Of a stretch of 64,000 nucleotides of DNA, positions 1-12,499 are shown one piece after another; position 1 is the stretch's first letter; each line of letters opens with the position of its first letter. The notes beneath the pieces are model-generated. The model did no database searches. It worked only from the letters and a program-made list of their open reading frames with translations, and was not told the DNA's origin. The stretch is taken from NCBI GenBank assembly GCA_951406725.2, contig OX597815.1, positions 29,326,001 to 29,390,000 on the forward strand, in the 5' to 3' direction. The translations under genes and the position numbers were made by a program. This DNA comes from Octopus vulgaris. Taxonomy: Eukaryota.

Positions 1-143
1 TTGGCATTAGGAAGAGCATCCAGCTGTAGAAACTGTGCCAGATCAGATTGGAGCCTGGTGCAGCTATCTGGCTCACCAGTCCCCAGTCAAACCGTCCAAC
101 CCAGGCCAGCATGGAAAGTGGACGTTAAACGATGATGATGATG
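1..143 (+). mobile_element. 3' end of (GAT)n-tailed retroposon family (SINE or LINE 3' UTR)
   Basis: Motif GGCATCCAGCTGTAGAAA...CCAACCCA..CAGCATGGAAA..GGACGTTAAACGATGATGAT recurs at about 2300-2445, 5690-5850, 9080-9308, 14508-14623 (minus) and 32427-32927. Confidence 0.8.
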
Positions 144-1797
144 AGTTCAATAAAGGCAACAACGCAATGGAAAGTGTGAGGAATATTAATGCAGTAGATG
201 GGGATTGGAGAATAAGTGTAAGCCAGTGTCAATGGTGGTTCTAGAAATTCCGAGTCAGAAACTACAGCTTAGAAGATGAGCCTAGTCTTGGAAGATCTGT
301 AGAGCTTGATGAGAATGTACTACAAATCCTGGTGGAACAAAATCATATCATAACTGTTGAACTAGCAGAGAAGCTTGGATTTGGCCATTCAACTATTCAT
401 CGACACCTGTGTGCCATCAGAAAAGTCAGCAAATTGGGTCAGTGGGTTCTTCACAAACATCTGAGACTAATTGTGTACAGAGAGTGAATGTGTGCTCTTT
501 GCTGTCATGTATCCTGAAAGACCCTAGGTCTGGCAACAGGACTCTGCACCATGCCACACAAGCAGGAGAACCCAGTCATAGCTGTCAGACAATTTCTGCA
601 ACCACATATTTTGCTTCATATGTTCAATAAAAGCAACGGAAAGCGCAAGGAATATTAATGCTGTATATGGGGATCAGACAATAATCGTAAGCCAGTGTCA
701 GCAGTAGTTTCAGAAATTCTGAGCTGGAAACTACAGCCTAGAAGACGTGCCTCATCTTGGAAGATCTGTAGAGCTCAAACAACCTTTTTTGGACCGAATA
801 GTGACTGGTGACAAGAAATGGGTTCTCTATAAAAATGTCAAGCACCAAATTTAGTAGGTAGGGAAAGGATAAATACAGGCACCCCAACATAAAGGTCTTC
901 ACCCACGTAAGGTGTTATCTGTTTGATGAGATATGAAATGTTTAGTCCATTTTGAAATTTTAAAACCAAACCAAACGATAAAGAAGATCTGTGAGCAGCT
1001 TGAGCGGCTTAAGTCAGCGCCAGAAGAAAAACGACCATCTTTGATTTCAAGATGAAAGGTGTTCTTCCTCAGGATGATGCTCAGCTACATTCAGAAAGGA
1101 TGACATTCCAAAAGCTGGAGTAGTTTGAATGGGAAATGATGCCGCACCCACCATATTGGCCAGACATTGCCCCATCTGATTATCATTTATTCCAGTCTTC
1201 AAAATCATTTGGACGGAAAAAATATAAATTCTGTAGACAAGGCGCAGGAGTGGCTGTGTGGTAAGTAGCTTGCCTACCAACCACATGGTTCCGGGTTCAG
1301 TCCCACTGCGTGGTATCTTGGGCAAGTGTCTTCTTCTATAGCCTCGGGCCGACCAATGCCTTGTGAGTGGATTTGGTAGACGGAAACTGAAAGAAGCCCG
1401 TCGTATATATGTATATATATATATGTATGTGTGTGTATATGTTTGTGTGTCTGTGTTTGTCCCTCTAGCATTGCTTGACAACCTATGCTGGTGTGTTTAT
1501 GTCCCCGTCACTTAGCGGTTCGGCAAAAGAGACCGATAGAATAAGTACTGGGCTTACAAAGAATAAGTCTCGGGGTCGATTTGCTCGACTAAAGGCGGTG
1601 CTCCAGCATGGCCGCAGTCAAATGACTGAAACAAGTAAAAAAAAAAAAAGTCAGAATAGCACTGGAGGAATATTTTTTTGTCACAGATAGATGGAAGAGC
1701 ATTGTAGAAAATGAAGGAGAGTATATTTTAGATTTAAAAATAACTTTATCTTAATTTTGAGAAATAAGTGTAAAAAAACTACATTATTTATGGGATG
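144..1797 (+). pseudogene. Decayed mariner (Mos1/Hsmar-like DD34D) transposase with duplicated N-terminal segment, interrupted by a SINE
   Basis: Conceptual translation across stops and frameshifts gives LGQWVLHK (WVPHEL-like), FLDRIVTGDKKWVLY, GLHPRKVL, QDDAQLH (HDNARPH-like), MPHPPYWPDIAPSDYHLF and RWKSIVENEGEYI. The N-terminal segment occurs twice (about 144-310 and 604-776). Confidence 0.9.
1242..1649 (+). mobile_element. tRNA-derived SINE, family A (full length, young)
   Basis: A-box TGGCTGTGTGGT, B-box GGTTCAGTCCC, CORE-like TTGGGCAAGTG block, internal microsatellite and A-rich tail. It splits the mariner ORF. A near-identical copy lies at 63058-63475 (minus). Confidence 0.9.
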
Positions 1798-2512
1798 GGC
1801 TTTTGAACCTCAAGGGTATAACCCTGGCACATGCCACCATCTCTGTTGTCTCTTCCTTTACTCAACCATCCCATTTATATTCTGATCCCTGTTCCTTCTG
1901 GGTATGCCCGGCATTTTGCACCATCTCTATCCTGCTGTCTCCCACTTTCTCTTCTGCACTTCCCTTAGGTCGGATAACTGTGTATTTCCTTTGCGGCAGC
2001 ACACATGTTTCTGCGTTCATTCCTGATCTCTCTCTCTCTCCCACTGGCTAAGCTTGTACTACCTCTACAGCAAGACACCTGTATCTGTCTCACCTTTCAT
2101 ACACAAGATCACCTCCTCCCCTCTTGAAAGCTTTTTTTTGTCTTTCAGGTACTTGGTGACCTTGTCAGTGCAGGTGCCACTTAAAAGCCCCCAGTCCACA
2201 CAGTAAAGTGGTTGGTGTTTGGAAAGGCATCCAGTTGTAAAAACCTTGCCAAAACTGACCTCGCCTGTGCTTGTGTTATGTAAAAAGTCCACTCTGCTGA
2301 GTGGTTGGTGTTAGGAAGGGCATCCAGCTGTAAAAATTCTGCCAAAACAGTCACAGAAGTCTGGTGCAGGCTTCTGCCTGGCCAGCTCTTGTGAAACCAT
2401 TCCACCCATGCTAACATGGAAGGTGGATGTTAAATGATGATGATGTATATTTATATCCATCACATGCTAGCATGGAAAACTGACATTAAATGATGATCAC
2501 ACACATATATAA

Positions 2513-2726
2513 ATGAGGGTGTGCTGAAAACTTTCAAGCTTTGGGTAAAAGAAAATATAGGGGATCAGTTAATTATGATTTTATTCAACATATTCCTCTC
2601 TCAGATTCACACATTGCAGTAGTCCTTCAGTTTTTCTAAGCCCTGTAAAAGAACTCAGGTTGGGCCTCCAGCTAGGCCTTTTGCGATACCCTTAAGCCAG
2701 GAACTTTTCAGCCCTCCCCCCCTGTA
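2513..2726. mobile_element. Short mariner-type MITE (degenerate)
   Basis: Imperfect terminal inverted repeats GAGGGTGTGCTGAAAACTTTC...GGAACTTTTCAGCCCTCCC. Confidence 0.5.
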
Positions 2727-2912
2727 TATGTATTTAAATTACAGAAATTGTTTTCATAACAGTTTGCTTGGTTTCTAATTGGTGTTGAATCATTTGGCTA
2801 ATGCTTTATGTATTAATCTCCTCTCATATCTCAATGATATATAATAGATATATGTAATTTTATGTTCCAAAAATTTTGCTATATTTCCTAAGCTATTTTT
2901 AGATCCACTCAC

Positions 2913-2986
2913 AATGCACCAACCAGCTGACAACATCGTAAGTGCTACTTTATGGTGTGGACGGATATACTTCCCTCATCCTAATT
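2913..2986 (-). other. Candidate internal exon of an unidentified minus-strand transcript; possible start MLSAGWCI at 2936
   Basis: Minus strand shows acceptor TTTTGTTTTGCTTTTCTATAG| and donor |GTGAGT. All three frames have stops before the ATG at 2936, so it would be 5' UTR plus start, or non-coding. Confidence 0.45.
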
Positions 2987-3396
2987 CTATAGAAAAGCAA
3001 AACAAAAATTCTATTTTTCATATTAAAAGCTGTCTTCCTATTAAACAAATAAGGGAATGGAAGTATTACAAATAATGTTTTGTCTTTATCATCTTCATTT
3101 TTAAGATAGCTGAATGTTAGCCTGTTTCCTACTCAGCGGTATAAATAATCTATCAGTTTATTGTTATATTAGTAGTGGTTTGGTCTAGCTAAGGCTTGAT
3201 ATTACAGAAAGGAAGACATAATTTACATTGCAATAGAGGGGAAAAGCCAAGTCCATTTAATGTTGAGGAAATGGTTAAAATAGAGAATGAGTAATAGTTG
3301 TGCGTGGGCAAAAGCATGGCTATATGGTTAAAGGATTCATTTTAGTACCATGTCTTTTGTATCAGGTTAGACACTCTTTTGTCACTCACTGTCAGA

Positions 3397-3720
3397 CCTG
3401 GCTGTGGTTAAGAAGCATGCTTTGCAACCATGTGGTTTCGGGTCCAGTTCAACTATGCAGTACCTTTGGCAAGCGTCTTCTACTGTAGCCCCGGGCCAAT
3501 CAATGGCTTGTGAGTGAATTTGGTAGGCAAAAACTGAATATGTGTATTTGTCCCCTTTCCATTGCTTGACAATCGGTGTTGGTTTGTTTACATCCCTATA
3601 ACTTAGTGGTTCAGCAAAAGAGACCAACAATAAGTACTGGGGTTGATTTGCTCAACTAAACCCTTCAAGACAGTGCCCCAGCATGGCTGCTGTCCAATAA
3701 CAGAAGCAAGTAAGAGATAA
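3397..3720 (+). mobile_element. SINE family A, older diverged copy
   Basis: Colinear with 1242-1649, with many CpG-to-TpG/CpA changes. Confidence 0.75.
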
Positions 3721-4379
3721 CAATGAAAAAAAAAAACAATGATTAGCTCATTGGAAACCTGTAATCCCAACAATGCCATTGTTCATAAATTGTAATATAA
3801 AATAAAATTGTTGATGATTTCAGAAAAATTCAAACTGCAAAAGTGTCAAGCAATGGAAGGGGACAAATACATAAATATGATGAGCTTTCACATAATTTCT
3901 GTCTACCAAATTCACTTAGAGGACATTTGTTGGCCCAGGGCTATAGATATATAGTTTGTTATGTAAATTTTGCTAATTGACTTCATGATAGTTGATATCA
4001 CATTTCACTTTGTATTGACAGTATGGAGTTCTAGTATTTGATACAGTGGCTGTGTGGTTAAGAAGTTCAATTTGGAACCGTGTAATTAGGGATTCGGTTA
4101 CACTACATTTATGTTGGTTAACAGTCTATACTATAGCTGTGATTCAACTAACACTTCTGGGTGTAATTAGTAGAGGGAAACTAAAAGAATATCTTTTATT
4201 TGTTTCAGTGGCCATGCTGGGGCACCAAGTTGAACAAATCACCCTGTCCTTTTTTTTTAAAATCCTGGTACTTATACCACTGTTTGCTTTTGTTGAACTG
4301 CTGAGGTATAGGGGATGTAAACAAACCAGCACCAGTTGTCAAGCAATAGTGGAGGACAAACACAGAATATATATATTGT

Positions 4380-5160
4380 CAGTGGATCATATTTCCAAAA
4401 AAGCACACTCTAAAGGATAGAACGATATAGAGTGACCAATGGCTTCACATCCATAAAGCGATAGCAACGCCAGCACTACAGCTGGGATGACTACTGCAAC
4501 ATTAACAACTACAGCAATATCACCAGACCCATGCTCTGTAATAACCACTGATGACAGCTCCAACAACTTCAGGCCCAGAGCTAATGGAAGATACACCAGA
4601 GGTATGAACACAACCAACACTCAAGTTCAGAGATATATTGGGTTAGCTGGAACTACCTTTAACCCTTTAGTGTTTGTACTATTCTACCAAAATTAATCCT
4701 TTTTTATCCACATTGTTTTGAACTAATCATGCATTATCTTGTAGCTATGAGGTAGCTGTTAATTTTTAAAATGATATTGTAGGGTTGGTGGGAGAGACCA
4801 GATCTGTCCAGTTTGAACATAAAACACGCAGAATACTTTTGGCCGGATATGGCCGGTTTTAATGCTAAAGGGTTAAGTAACGCCTGTACAACTACAGGTC
4901 CTCTTTTAGGGTTCCAGAAAGACATTATGTCACATCTCTGGCTAGTCGTGTGGCACCTTAAAGATGAATGAATCCCATACGCAATTAAATGGAGGATTAT
5001 AGAGCATCTGGGTTCCTATATAAACAGGATGATGCAAGCTTTGCATAGCAGAGCAAGCAAAGATCCTTAAGGACTCACTGGACACAAGGTATCGCTTAAA
5101 CTCAAGACATGAGATCTATAGCCCCTGCCCTCATTTCAAATGCTACATGTTGCTGGCGTG
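4380..5160 (+). pseudogene. Penelope-like element remnant (GIY-YIG endonuclease C-terminal region)
   Basis: Removing the TTAA MITE at 4663-4872 restores YIGLAGTTFK*RLYNYRSSFR...SLASRVWHLKDE*IPYAIKWRII...KLCIAEQ...LNSRHEIYSPCPH. This matches the PLE GIY-YIG pattern YIG..TFK.R..NH..SF / LS..IW.LK / IKW.I / C.LC..E / LN.R.E...C.H. The left boundary is approximate. Confidence 0.8.
4663..4872. mobile_element. piggyBac-like MITE
   Basis: TTAA|CCCTTTAG ... CTAAAGGG|TTAA. Precise removal restores the interrupted Penelope reading frame. Confidence 0.85.
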
Positions 5161-5486
5161 AGACTCCCTGTTTGTCGATTAGAGTTGCAAAATGTTCTTG
5201 CAGACCGGAAACAACCTAAGAGTAGAGTTTCCCTCTTTGCCCTTAAGGTTCATAAAATTTGCCAACTAGATTGGTCTAAGGGAGATAACTTATCCTATTT
5301 AAAGCTTAAACTGTATATTATTCTTTTGTTTACAAATTAACTGACCTTAACGGTTTTCTACCTCCAATTTGAAGAGAGGTTATATGCCCTCCGCCATTAG
5401 AGTCTCTCGAGCTGTCTCTAAAGCTCTATGCTTTATGGATGCAAAAACCATTGGTCACTCTATGACGACATGAATTTAACTGCATG

Positions 5487-5529
<43 letters not shown>

Positions 5530-5861
5530 GATGGGCTCCTTTTAGTTTCTTCCTATCATATCCACTCACAAGGCTTTGGTTAGTTCAGAGCCAGAGTAGA
5601 AGACATTTGCTCAAGGTGCTGTGCAGTGGGACTGAACTTAGACCCATGTGGTTGGGAAGCAGATTTCTTATCACAACCCCATGTCTGCAAAGTGGTTGGT
5701 ATTAAGAAAGGCGTCCAGTTGTGGAAACCATGCAAAAGCAGGCATTGAAACTTAACACAACCCTCTGGTTTGTTCATGTCAAACCATCCAACCCACACCA
5801 GCATGGAGAAAAGGACATTAAATGATGGTGGTGGTGATGATGATGATGATGATGTGTGTGC

Positions 5862-6171
5862 ATGGCTCAGTGGTTAGAGCGTTGGGCGCACAGTCATGAG
5901 GTAGTGAGTTCAATTCCCAGACCTGGCCATGTGTTGTGTTCTTGAACAAGACACATTATTTCACATTGCTCCAGTTCAATGAAATGAGTTGCAATGTCAC
6001 TGGTGCCAAGCTGTATCAGCCTTTGCCTTTCTCTTGAATAACATTGATGGCATGGAGAAGGGAGGCTGGTTTGCATGGGCAACTGCATAAACTTTGTTTG
6101 GACTTATGCCTCCGAGGGTAACTTTCTAGGTGCAATCCTATGCTCATTCATGACCGAAGGGGGTCTTTACC
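5862..6171 (+). mobile_element. tRNA-derived SINE, family B
   Basis: Head GCATGGCTCAGTGGTTAGAGCG...GAGTTCAATTCCC (A and B boxes). Confidence 0.7.
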
Positions 6172-6291
6172 CTGTGTGTGTGAATGCATGTTTATGTAAA
6201 TGAGTTTATATTTCACCATGTCACCCTGTTTCTGCTATTTGTAATTGACAGTGTGTTTGTAAAGGCTGTGTTGTTTGCATTCAGTTTTTAA

Positions 6292-6502
6292 CCCATAGCA
6301 TTTAAACTGGCCGTATCTGGCCAAAATATTCTGTTCTATGTTCAAACTGGCCAGTTTTGATCTCTCACATTCATCTAACAAAGTCATTCTAAAAGTAAAC
6401 AACCACACCATAGAAATCTTGAAGCTGTTAGATAATGCACAATTAATTGAAAATGATGTGAATAATTATCACTTTTAACAGGATAATTTGAATGCTGAAG
6501 GG
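6292..6502. mobile_element. piggyBac-like MITE (diverged copy)
   Basis: TTAA|CCCATAGCATT ... AATGCTGAAGGG|TTGA; homologous to 4663-4872. Confidence 0.7.
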
Positions 6503-7049
6503 TTGAAGTATGTCTGGGCTTCTTCATATGTTGCCATATTTGTAAACAAAAGATGCGTTTGGACAAGGACATTGTTTCTACTTCTCTGTGTAATTATACC
6601 TGGGCTATTTGTTTGTTAGACCGGTAGATTTTTACCTTGCTTGGAAACAGGTAAGGGTTGGTACCAGGTAGGGCATCCAGCTGTAGAAAACTATTCCAAC
6701 AGTCTCATCTGATGCTTGTAAGCACAGAAAAGTTGACATTAAAAGGATAACTTTGGTGAGAATCAAATGTAATTAACAAGCCAAACTGCATGGTTTGGTT
6801 GATCTGTTAGAAGCAGTAACCAAATCACACCTTGCTTTGGGGAGGCACATTGGGAAGGAAAAAAAGATGAGGTGGTCACTACAGGAATGCTTTTGATAGT
6901 GTCTGCTTGATAGAGATAACTTAGAGTTAAACAACTTGTAGCTGATGATCAGCTGGTGTTAGATGTTCCTGTGATACATTTATTTCTTGACACTGGCAAT
7001 CATCTAAATGAAATCTACCTGTGTCGACTGTATATTTAGTAATCATTAC

Positions 7050-7420
7050 TTAATCTTTTACTTGTTTGTTATTAGGCTGCAGCCATGCTGGGGCACCACC
7101 TTGTGGAAGTTTTAGTCAACCTAATCAACCTCAAATCTTATCTTTTTAAGCCTGGTACTTATTATGTTAGTCTCTTTTGCTGAACCGCTAAGAGATGTGG
7201 GACATAAACACCAGTTGTCAAGCAGTTGTGGGGTAACAAATACATATATATAAATACAATGGGCTTCTTTCACTTTCTCTCTACCAAATCCACTCACAAC
7301 ACTTTGGTTGACCCAAGGCTACAGTAGAAGGCACTTGCCGAAAATGCCATTCAGTGGGATTGAACCCAGCATCATATGGTTGGGAAACAAACTTCTTACC
7401 ACACAGCCATACTGGCACCA
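7050..7420 (-). mobile_element. SINE family A, diverged copy
   Basis: Reverse-complement homology to 1242-1649. Confidence 0.7.
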
Positions 7421-8454
7421 GTTACCTTGGTGAAGTAAAGTAAATACAATCTCAAGTCCTAGGACTCAGAGCCAGTTACTTGGTTTCCATGGCATATAAG
7501 TGACCAGGATCACAACATACTCCCTGAAAGGGGTGTCAGTCCATTGAGGGTTACTCATTTACAGCTGAGTGGATTGGAGCAATGTGCTCAAGAACATGAT
7601 GCACTGCCAGGTCTGGGAATTGAAACTATTGTCTTGTAATCATGAGCGCAACACCCTAACCACTGAGCCACACACCTTCACACTTTCGTGAAGGCTGCAT
7701 TATTAACCTGTTCATAACACTAAAACATGTCAGTGTTGGCTTCTGTACTAGTCAAAATAATAAAAATATTAGTTATTGACTAATATTTATTTCTTCACTG
7801 CATAATTATTTTTGGTTAGCTTTTTAACAATGCATAGATTAAATACTATTTTCCAATGCGATGGAATTTCATGGTGTTATAAAAAAACAAAATACAAATG
7901 TTCTTCAGAAATCGTTGGTGTTGGGACATTTCCACTCAAGTACCTAATTGTTTTTGCAGTCAACTTGCCAGAATTGCAGTCAAATCTCCTTCAAATTATA
8001 CTGTATTGTCTTAAATAAACAAAGAATACATTAGATAATGTAGTCCTAGGTACACTGTGAAAAAAGGAAAGAAACAACGACAGGATGGTCATGGCTGGAA
8101 TGCTGTCGAATCAGTTGGCTTGGTTAAAGATGGCCAAGTGGCAAGCAACCTCTTTTTCTGTGTAAAATCTTGCACCAACTAATCCCACAGTACACTAATC
8201 TGTAACTGTCTAACTTTCATATTAATTGTACTTATCCAATAAATGGTTTGCGTCTATCGATAATCGTTTTTTAAATCTAAAGGTGGAAAAACTCATCATT
8301 ATCCAGTATAGGTATTTAAAAAAAAAAATTTAGTTGTGGGCAGAAAACATTCCTATAACCTGGTAATTTTTTTAGTTAAGTTTGAAACTGTAAGAAACTA
8401 TTTGTTAAACCTGTAGCCAATAAAAGGAAGCAAGGCTATTTCATTGTTAATATA

Positions 8455-8685
8455 TATTTCTTTACTGCCCACAAGGGTTTGAACATAGAGGGGACAAACA
8501 AGGATAGACAAAGGGATTAAGTCAATTACATCGACCCCAGTGCGAAACTGCCTTTCATCCTTTTGGGGTCGATAAATAAAGTACCAAAGTCGACCTCGGA
8601 GGAATTTGAACTCAGAACGTAACGACAGACAAAATAACGCTAAGCATTTCGCCCGGCGCGCTAACGTTTCTGTCAGCTGGCCGCC
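8455..8685 (-). mobile_element. tRNA-derived SINE, family C (with internal micro-inversion)
   Basis: Homologous to the units at 24511-25096 and 19345-19520. Confidence 0.75.
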
Positions 8686-9079
8686 TTTACCATTGTTAAT
8701 ATAACCTTAACTAAGGTCGCAAGCATGCCAGGCAAAATGCTTAACGGCATTTTGTCTGTCTTTATGCTGAGTTCAAATTTGCTTTTTATCCTTTCAGGGT
8801 CGATAAAAAAAGTACTAGTTGAGCACTTGGATTGATGTAATTGACTTAGCTCCTCCCATAAACTTGCTGGCTTTGTGCCAAAATTTGAAACCAATGTAAC
8901 CTTAACTGAGAATGGAGTAAATGATAGTCTCTAAAAGAGTTGGTAATAGGTGGAGAAATTTACATGACTGCTGCATTCCTCATCATACTTTTCCTTCAGA
9001 CTATTTATTAATCATAATTAAACTGGATAGTTCAAGCATTTGTAATATTTGTACATATGGTTACAGTAATTTATAAAAA

Positions 9080-9308
9080 GCACCAACTGATTGTGGCTGC
9101 TGCCAGCCTCCCCTGGCACCTGTGCTGGTGGCACGTAAAAAGCACCCACTACACTTACGGAGTGGTTGGCGTTAGGAAGCGCATCCAGCTGTAGAAACAC
9201 TGCCAGATCAGACTGGAGCCTGGTGCAGCCTCCTGGCTTCCCAGACCCCGGTCGAATCATCCAACCCATGCTAGCACGGAAAACGGACGTTAAACGATGA
9301 TGATGATG
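9080..9308 (+). mobile_element. (GAT)n-tailed retroposon fragment
   Basis: Same family as 1-143 and 32427-32927. Confidence 0.75.
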
Positions 9309-9663
9309 AATGTCTTTAACATATCACTCAACTTTCAATTTCAGTTAGATTAATCAAATTTTGTTTAAGGGTACATTGCAGTGTAATTGGTAATATTTCA
9401 AACCACAATAGATTGTATAGTAACCATAATCACCCAGTGAACGCAAATAGTTGGTTCACAAAAAGGTTAGTTTATATTCTGTAGCAGTTGTAGTAACTAA
9501 ATGAATGCAGAGAATATAGAGAGCTAAGAAAGAGAAGTAAATAAATAGAGAATGTGATCTGTTGGTTGAAGTATAATTAGAATCACTAAAAAAGCAGACA
9601 AATCAAATGTACAAAATATTTACTTGATAAATGACAATATTTAGATACATTTTTTTCTCTTAA

Positions 9664-9871
9664 CCCTTTAGCATTTAAACCGGCCAAAAGTATTCTGCCT
9701 GTTTTATGTTCAAAATGGCCAGATCTGGTCTCTCACACCAACCCTACAATATCGTTTTAAAAATTAACAGCTACCTCATCAAAATCTCAAAGCTACAAGA
9801 TAATGCATTAGTTCAAGACAATGTGAATGAAAAAGCATTAATTTTGGTAGAATAATGCGAACACTAAAGGG
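9664..9871. mobile_element. piggyBac-like MITE
   Basis: TTAA|CCCTTTAGCATT ... CTAAAGGG|TTAA; opposite orientation to 4663-4872. Confidence 0.85.
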
Positions 9872-9953
9872 TTAAAAGACAAGACTATAATGAAATATAT
9901 GGGTCTTACTATTAACCACTTAACTGTGGAGATTTTAAAAAGAATTTTCCTAC

Positions 9954-10224
9954 CAAAATGAAGAAAGAATTGGTTAATTTTCTCAGAGGCAAAATTACTA
10001 AGATTAAAGCTTGTGACTATTGCAGATGGATTGCCCAGCACCATAACCTCACAGCCATTGTTTCTGTAATTTTTCATTCTATAAATAAATATATATAGTT
10101 TTTGTTGCTGAAAGCTGTTTGACTGCTGTCACAACACTGCTCAAATGAAATAAAAATAACTCTTAAAGTGACTGACCGCCAACAGTTTTTCATATATGAG
10201 TTAAGTAGTGCTACTAATGTGAAT
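9954..10224 (-). other. Candidate exon (5' UTR or non-coding) of the minus-strand transcript
   Basis: Strong acceptor TTTTATTTTTCACTCTCTCTTCTGCAG| at 10225 and possible donor G|GTAGGA at 9953. The sequence does not appear repetitive. Confidence 0.4.
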
Positions 10225-10527
10225 CTGCAGAAGAGAGAGTGAAAAATAAAATATAATTTACTTTCTAACATATGCACAATGCTTTACTTTGTTGATGATA
10301 TCTGATCACAATACTGCTTATTAATAAGTAATCTCAGAAGGATGAAATGTGAAATTAAACTTTGTGATGCAAAATCAATTTAAAGAGACATACGTACTAC
10401 GTGGCATTTTGCCCATGACCTATTTAATCTTTGCCTATTAATATAAATATTTACAGAAGAGCCTAAAAAAAAAAATGTTAATTTGAACATATTAATCAGC
10501 TTTCGCAGAATCATTAACATGTTGATT

Positions 10528-11287
10528 GGATCTTTTCCTTTTGAACGGCACTTTGTAACATAATTTCTAGCTAACTAAAAAGTTTTAAACTTCGTATACT
10601 GGTAGAATGTGTTTATAAAACATCATTTTCTCTTGGCTTTATTGAGAAAATTCTATAGGTTGTAACATATTTCGTCTAAAATTTCTTGCATTTCGGCAAT
10701 TTTAACCAATCAATTACCTCCATTGACATAAATAACATTCTGTGCATAATGAATATGTCCCTCCTTTAAGAAACAGATTGGGTTTATTTACATTTGTAAA
10801 GAAAAAAAGATACCCTTCCTCAACCCTAACTCTAAATTAGATTGAAATGCAATAGATCGATACTAGGGCCATAATTATGGGTGACATTTTCATTTGACAC
10901 CGCTAGAAAAAAATCCCATTTTCCGTAGCGGTGTCATATGAAATTGTCACCCATAATTATAACCCTAGTATCGATCTATTTTAGATTTAGGGTTAATGGA
11001 AGGGTATCTTTTTTCTTCACAAATGTAAATAAACCCAATCTGTTTCTTAAAGGAGGGACATATTCATTATGCACAGAATATTATTTACGTGAATGGAGGT
11101 AATTGATTGGTTAAAATTGCCGAAATGCAAGAAATTTTAGACGAACTATGTTACAACCTATAGAATTTTCTCAATAAAGCCAAGAGAAAATGATGTTTTA
11201 TAAACACATTCTACCAGTATACGAAGTTTAAAACTTTTTAGTTACCTAGAAATTATGTTACAAAGTGCCGTTCAAAAGGAAAGATCC
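10528..11287. mobile_element. 760-bp palindromic (foldback) derivative of the GGATCTTTTC MITE family
   Basis: Near-perfect inverted arms (about 10528-10904 and 10926-11287), flanked by the 8-bp direct repeat TGTTGATT (10520-10527, 11288-11295). Confidence 0.9.
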
Positions 11288-11391
11288 TGTTGATTTTTTA
11301 CATTCTGAGTTCAAATCCTGCCAAGGGCAATTTACCCTTCGTCCTTGATAAAATACCGATCAAGTACTGGAGTCAATTTATATCTTTATAA

Positions 11392-11600
11392 TGCAGGTGT
11401 CAGGGCTGCACCCTCTTACCTTTCTCTTCCTGCTAGTAATTGACTCCATAATGAAGGAGGTAATTGATGGGACCATCACAAGAATGCTATAGAGAAATGA
11501 AAAGGCTTTGGAATATACCCTTTGTCAATGATACTGCACAGCTGGTAGAAACAATGACTAACTAGATTTAATATCACAACCAATATTATCAGTGACTAGT
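11392..11600 (+). pseudogene. Short LINE reverse-transcriptase remnant
   Basis: GV-QGCTLLPFLFLLVIDSIMK...FVNDTAQL resembles the RT motifs GVRQGCxLSPxLF and FADD. Confidence 0.6.
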
Positions 11601-11819
11601 AGAACTGGCAATGCAGAGGAGGTGTATTCCAATAGACATCGGTATTAACATCAAGGTTCAGTTACATAGTGCAATAGTTCTGTTTGGTATAAACTACGGA
11701 TGTCTAAAGAAGTTCCTCAGTTCCAAGACAATTATAGATGGAAAAAGAAAAAAAATTTCTGCAAAGCCAATTACAACCACTGCAAATCAACTCTGTGTCG
11801 GTTTTGCCTACCAGATATT

Positions 11820-12067
11820 GGTACTACTTGAGAACAATGGTCCTGGTGCGCGCTAGATAGTCGATCCTACAACGACTACCTAGCAAAGTAAATAAAACAC
11901 AAAATAAATAAATTTTGTTAAACAAAGTAAATAAAACACAAAAACACAAAGTAAAATTTTTTTTAAACAAAGTAAATAACATAAAAACACAAAGGGTCGA
12001 CTAGTCATGACTAGCTAGTGCGAATATGCGAGTGCGCGCAACGGGACCACTGTTCTCAAGTAGTGCC
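11820..12067. mobile_element. Merlin-like MITE
   Basis: TIR GGTACTACTTGAGAACA.TGGTCC / GGACCACTGTTCTCAAGTAGTGCC; 8-bp TSD CAGATATT/CAGTTATT. Confidence 0.75.
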
Positions 12068-12499
12068 CAGTTATTCAGCATACAAAGACTACTGTGACGT
12101 AGACACCAGAAGAAAACGGGAAAAGAACCAACCAAAGAACACGTGGTGCCAAGTGGTCATGCTGGAAGAAGTTTGCCATACGGATTTTTATTGCGCGCGA
12201 GACTCTAAGGCAGTCTACGGCATGTATAGAATTGATAGAATACGGAATTATCTCCCCTTCGAGTGTGTCGGACTGTCAGTTTGCACTGCACATTTCCAAA
12301 ACAATCATGGTAAAGTATAAGTTCCGTGGTAAACAAGAAAATAACTATATGTTACTGTTTATTTTTTTTTTAGCATATTCGTAATCTCGGACGTCTAAAA
12401 CGTAGGAATCCGAAAAAAATAAAAACAAAACCTTTTGCAAGGAGAGGTGCGAAACTGCATTAGTCCCCAAGAAAATACTTTCACTTAACAAAAACTTTT

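Noticed and set aside
1242-1320. tRNA-like sequence (also at 5862 and 25096)
   Set aside because: A and B boxes belong to SINE heads and run straight into SINE bodies; no complete cloverleaf tRNA gene.
1047-1481. 144-aa ORF similar to the 83-aa ORF at 63247-63498
   Set aside because: Antisense translation of SINE family A. The similarity reflects repeat copies, not a gene family.
4387-4620. Hydrophobic 77-aa minus-strand ORF resembling a membrane protein
   Set aside because: It lies antisense to the Penelope-like remnant and has no supporting splice signals.
5369-5460. TTGAAGA-GAGG..CCTC half-hammerhead downstream of the Penelope remnant
   Set aside because: No GAAA box follows the stem, so it cannot be called.
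11611-12320. Possible transposase remnant next to the lone TIR at about 12370-12468
   Set aside because: No recognisable DDE motifs in any frame.
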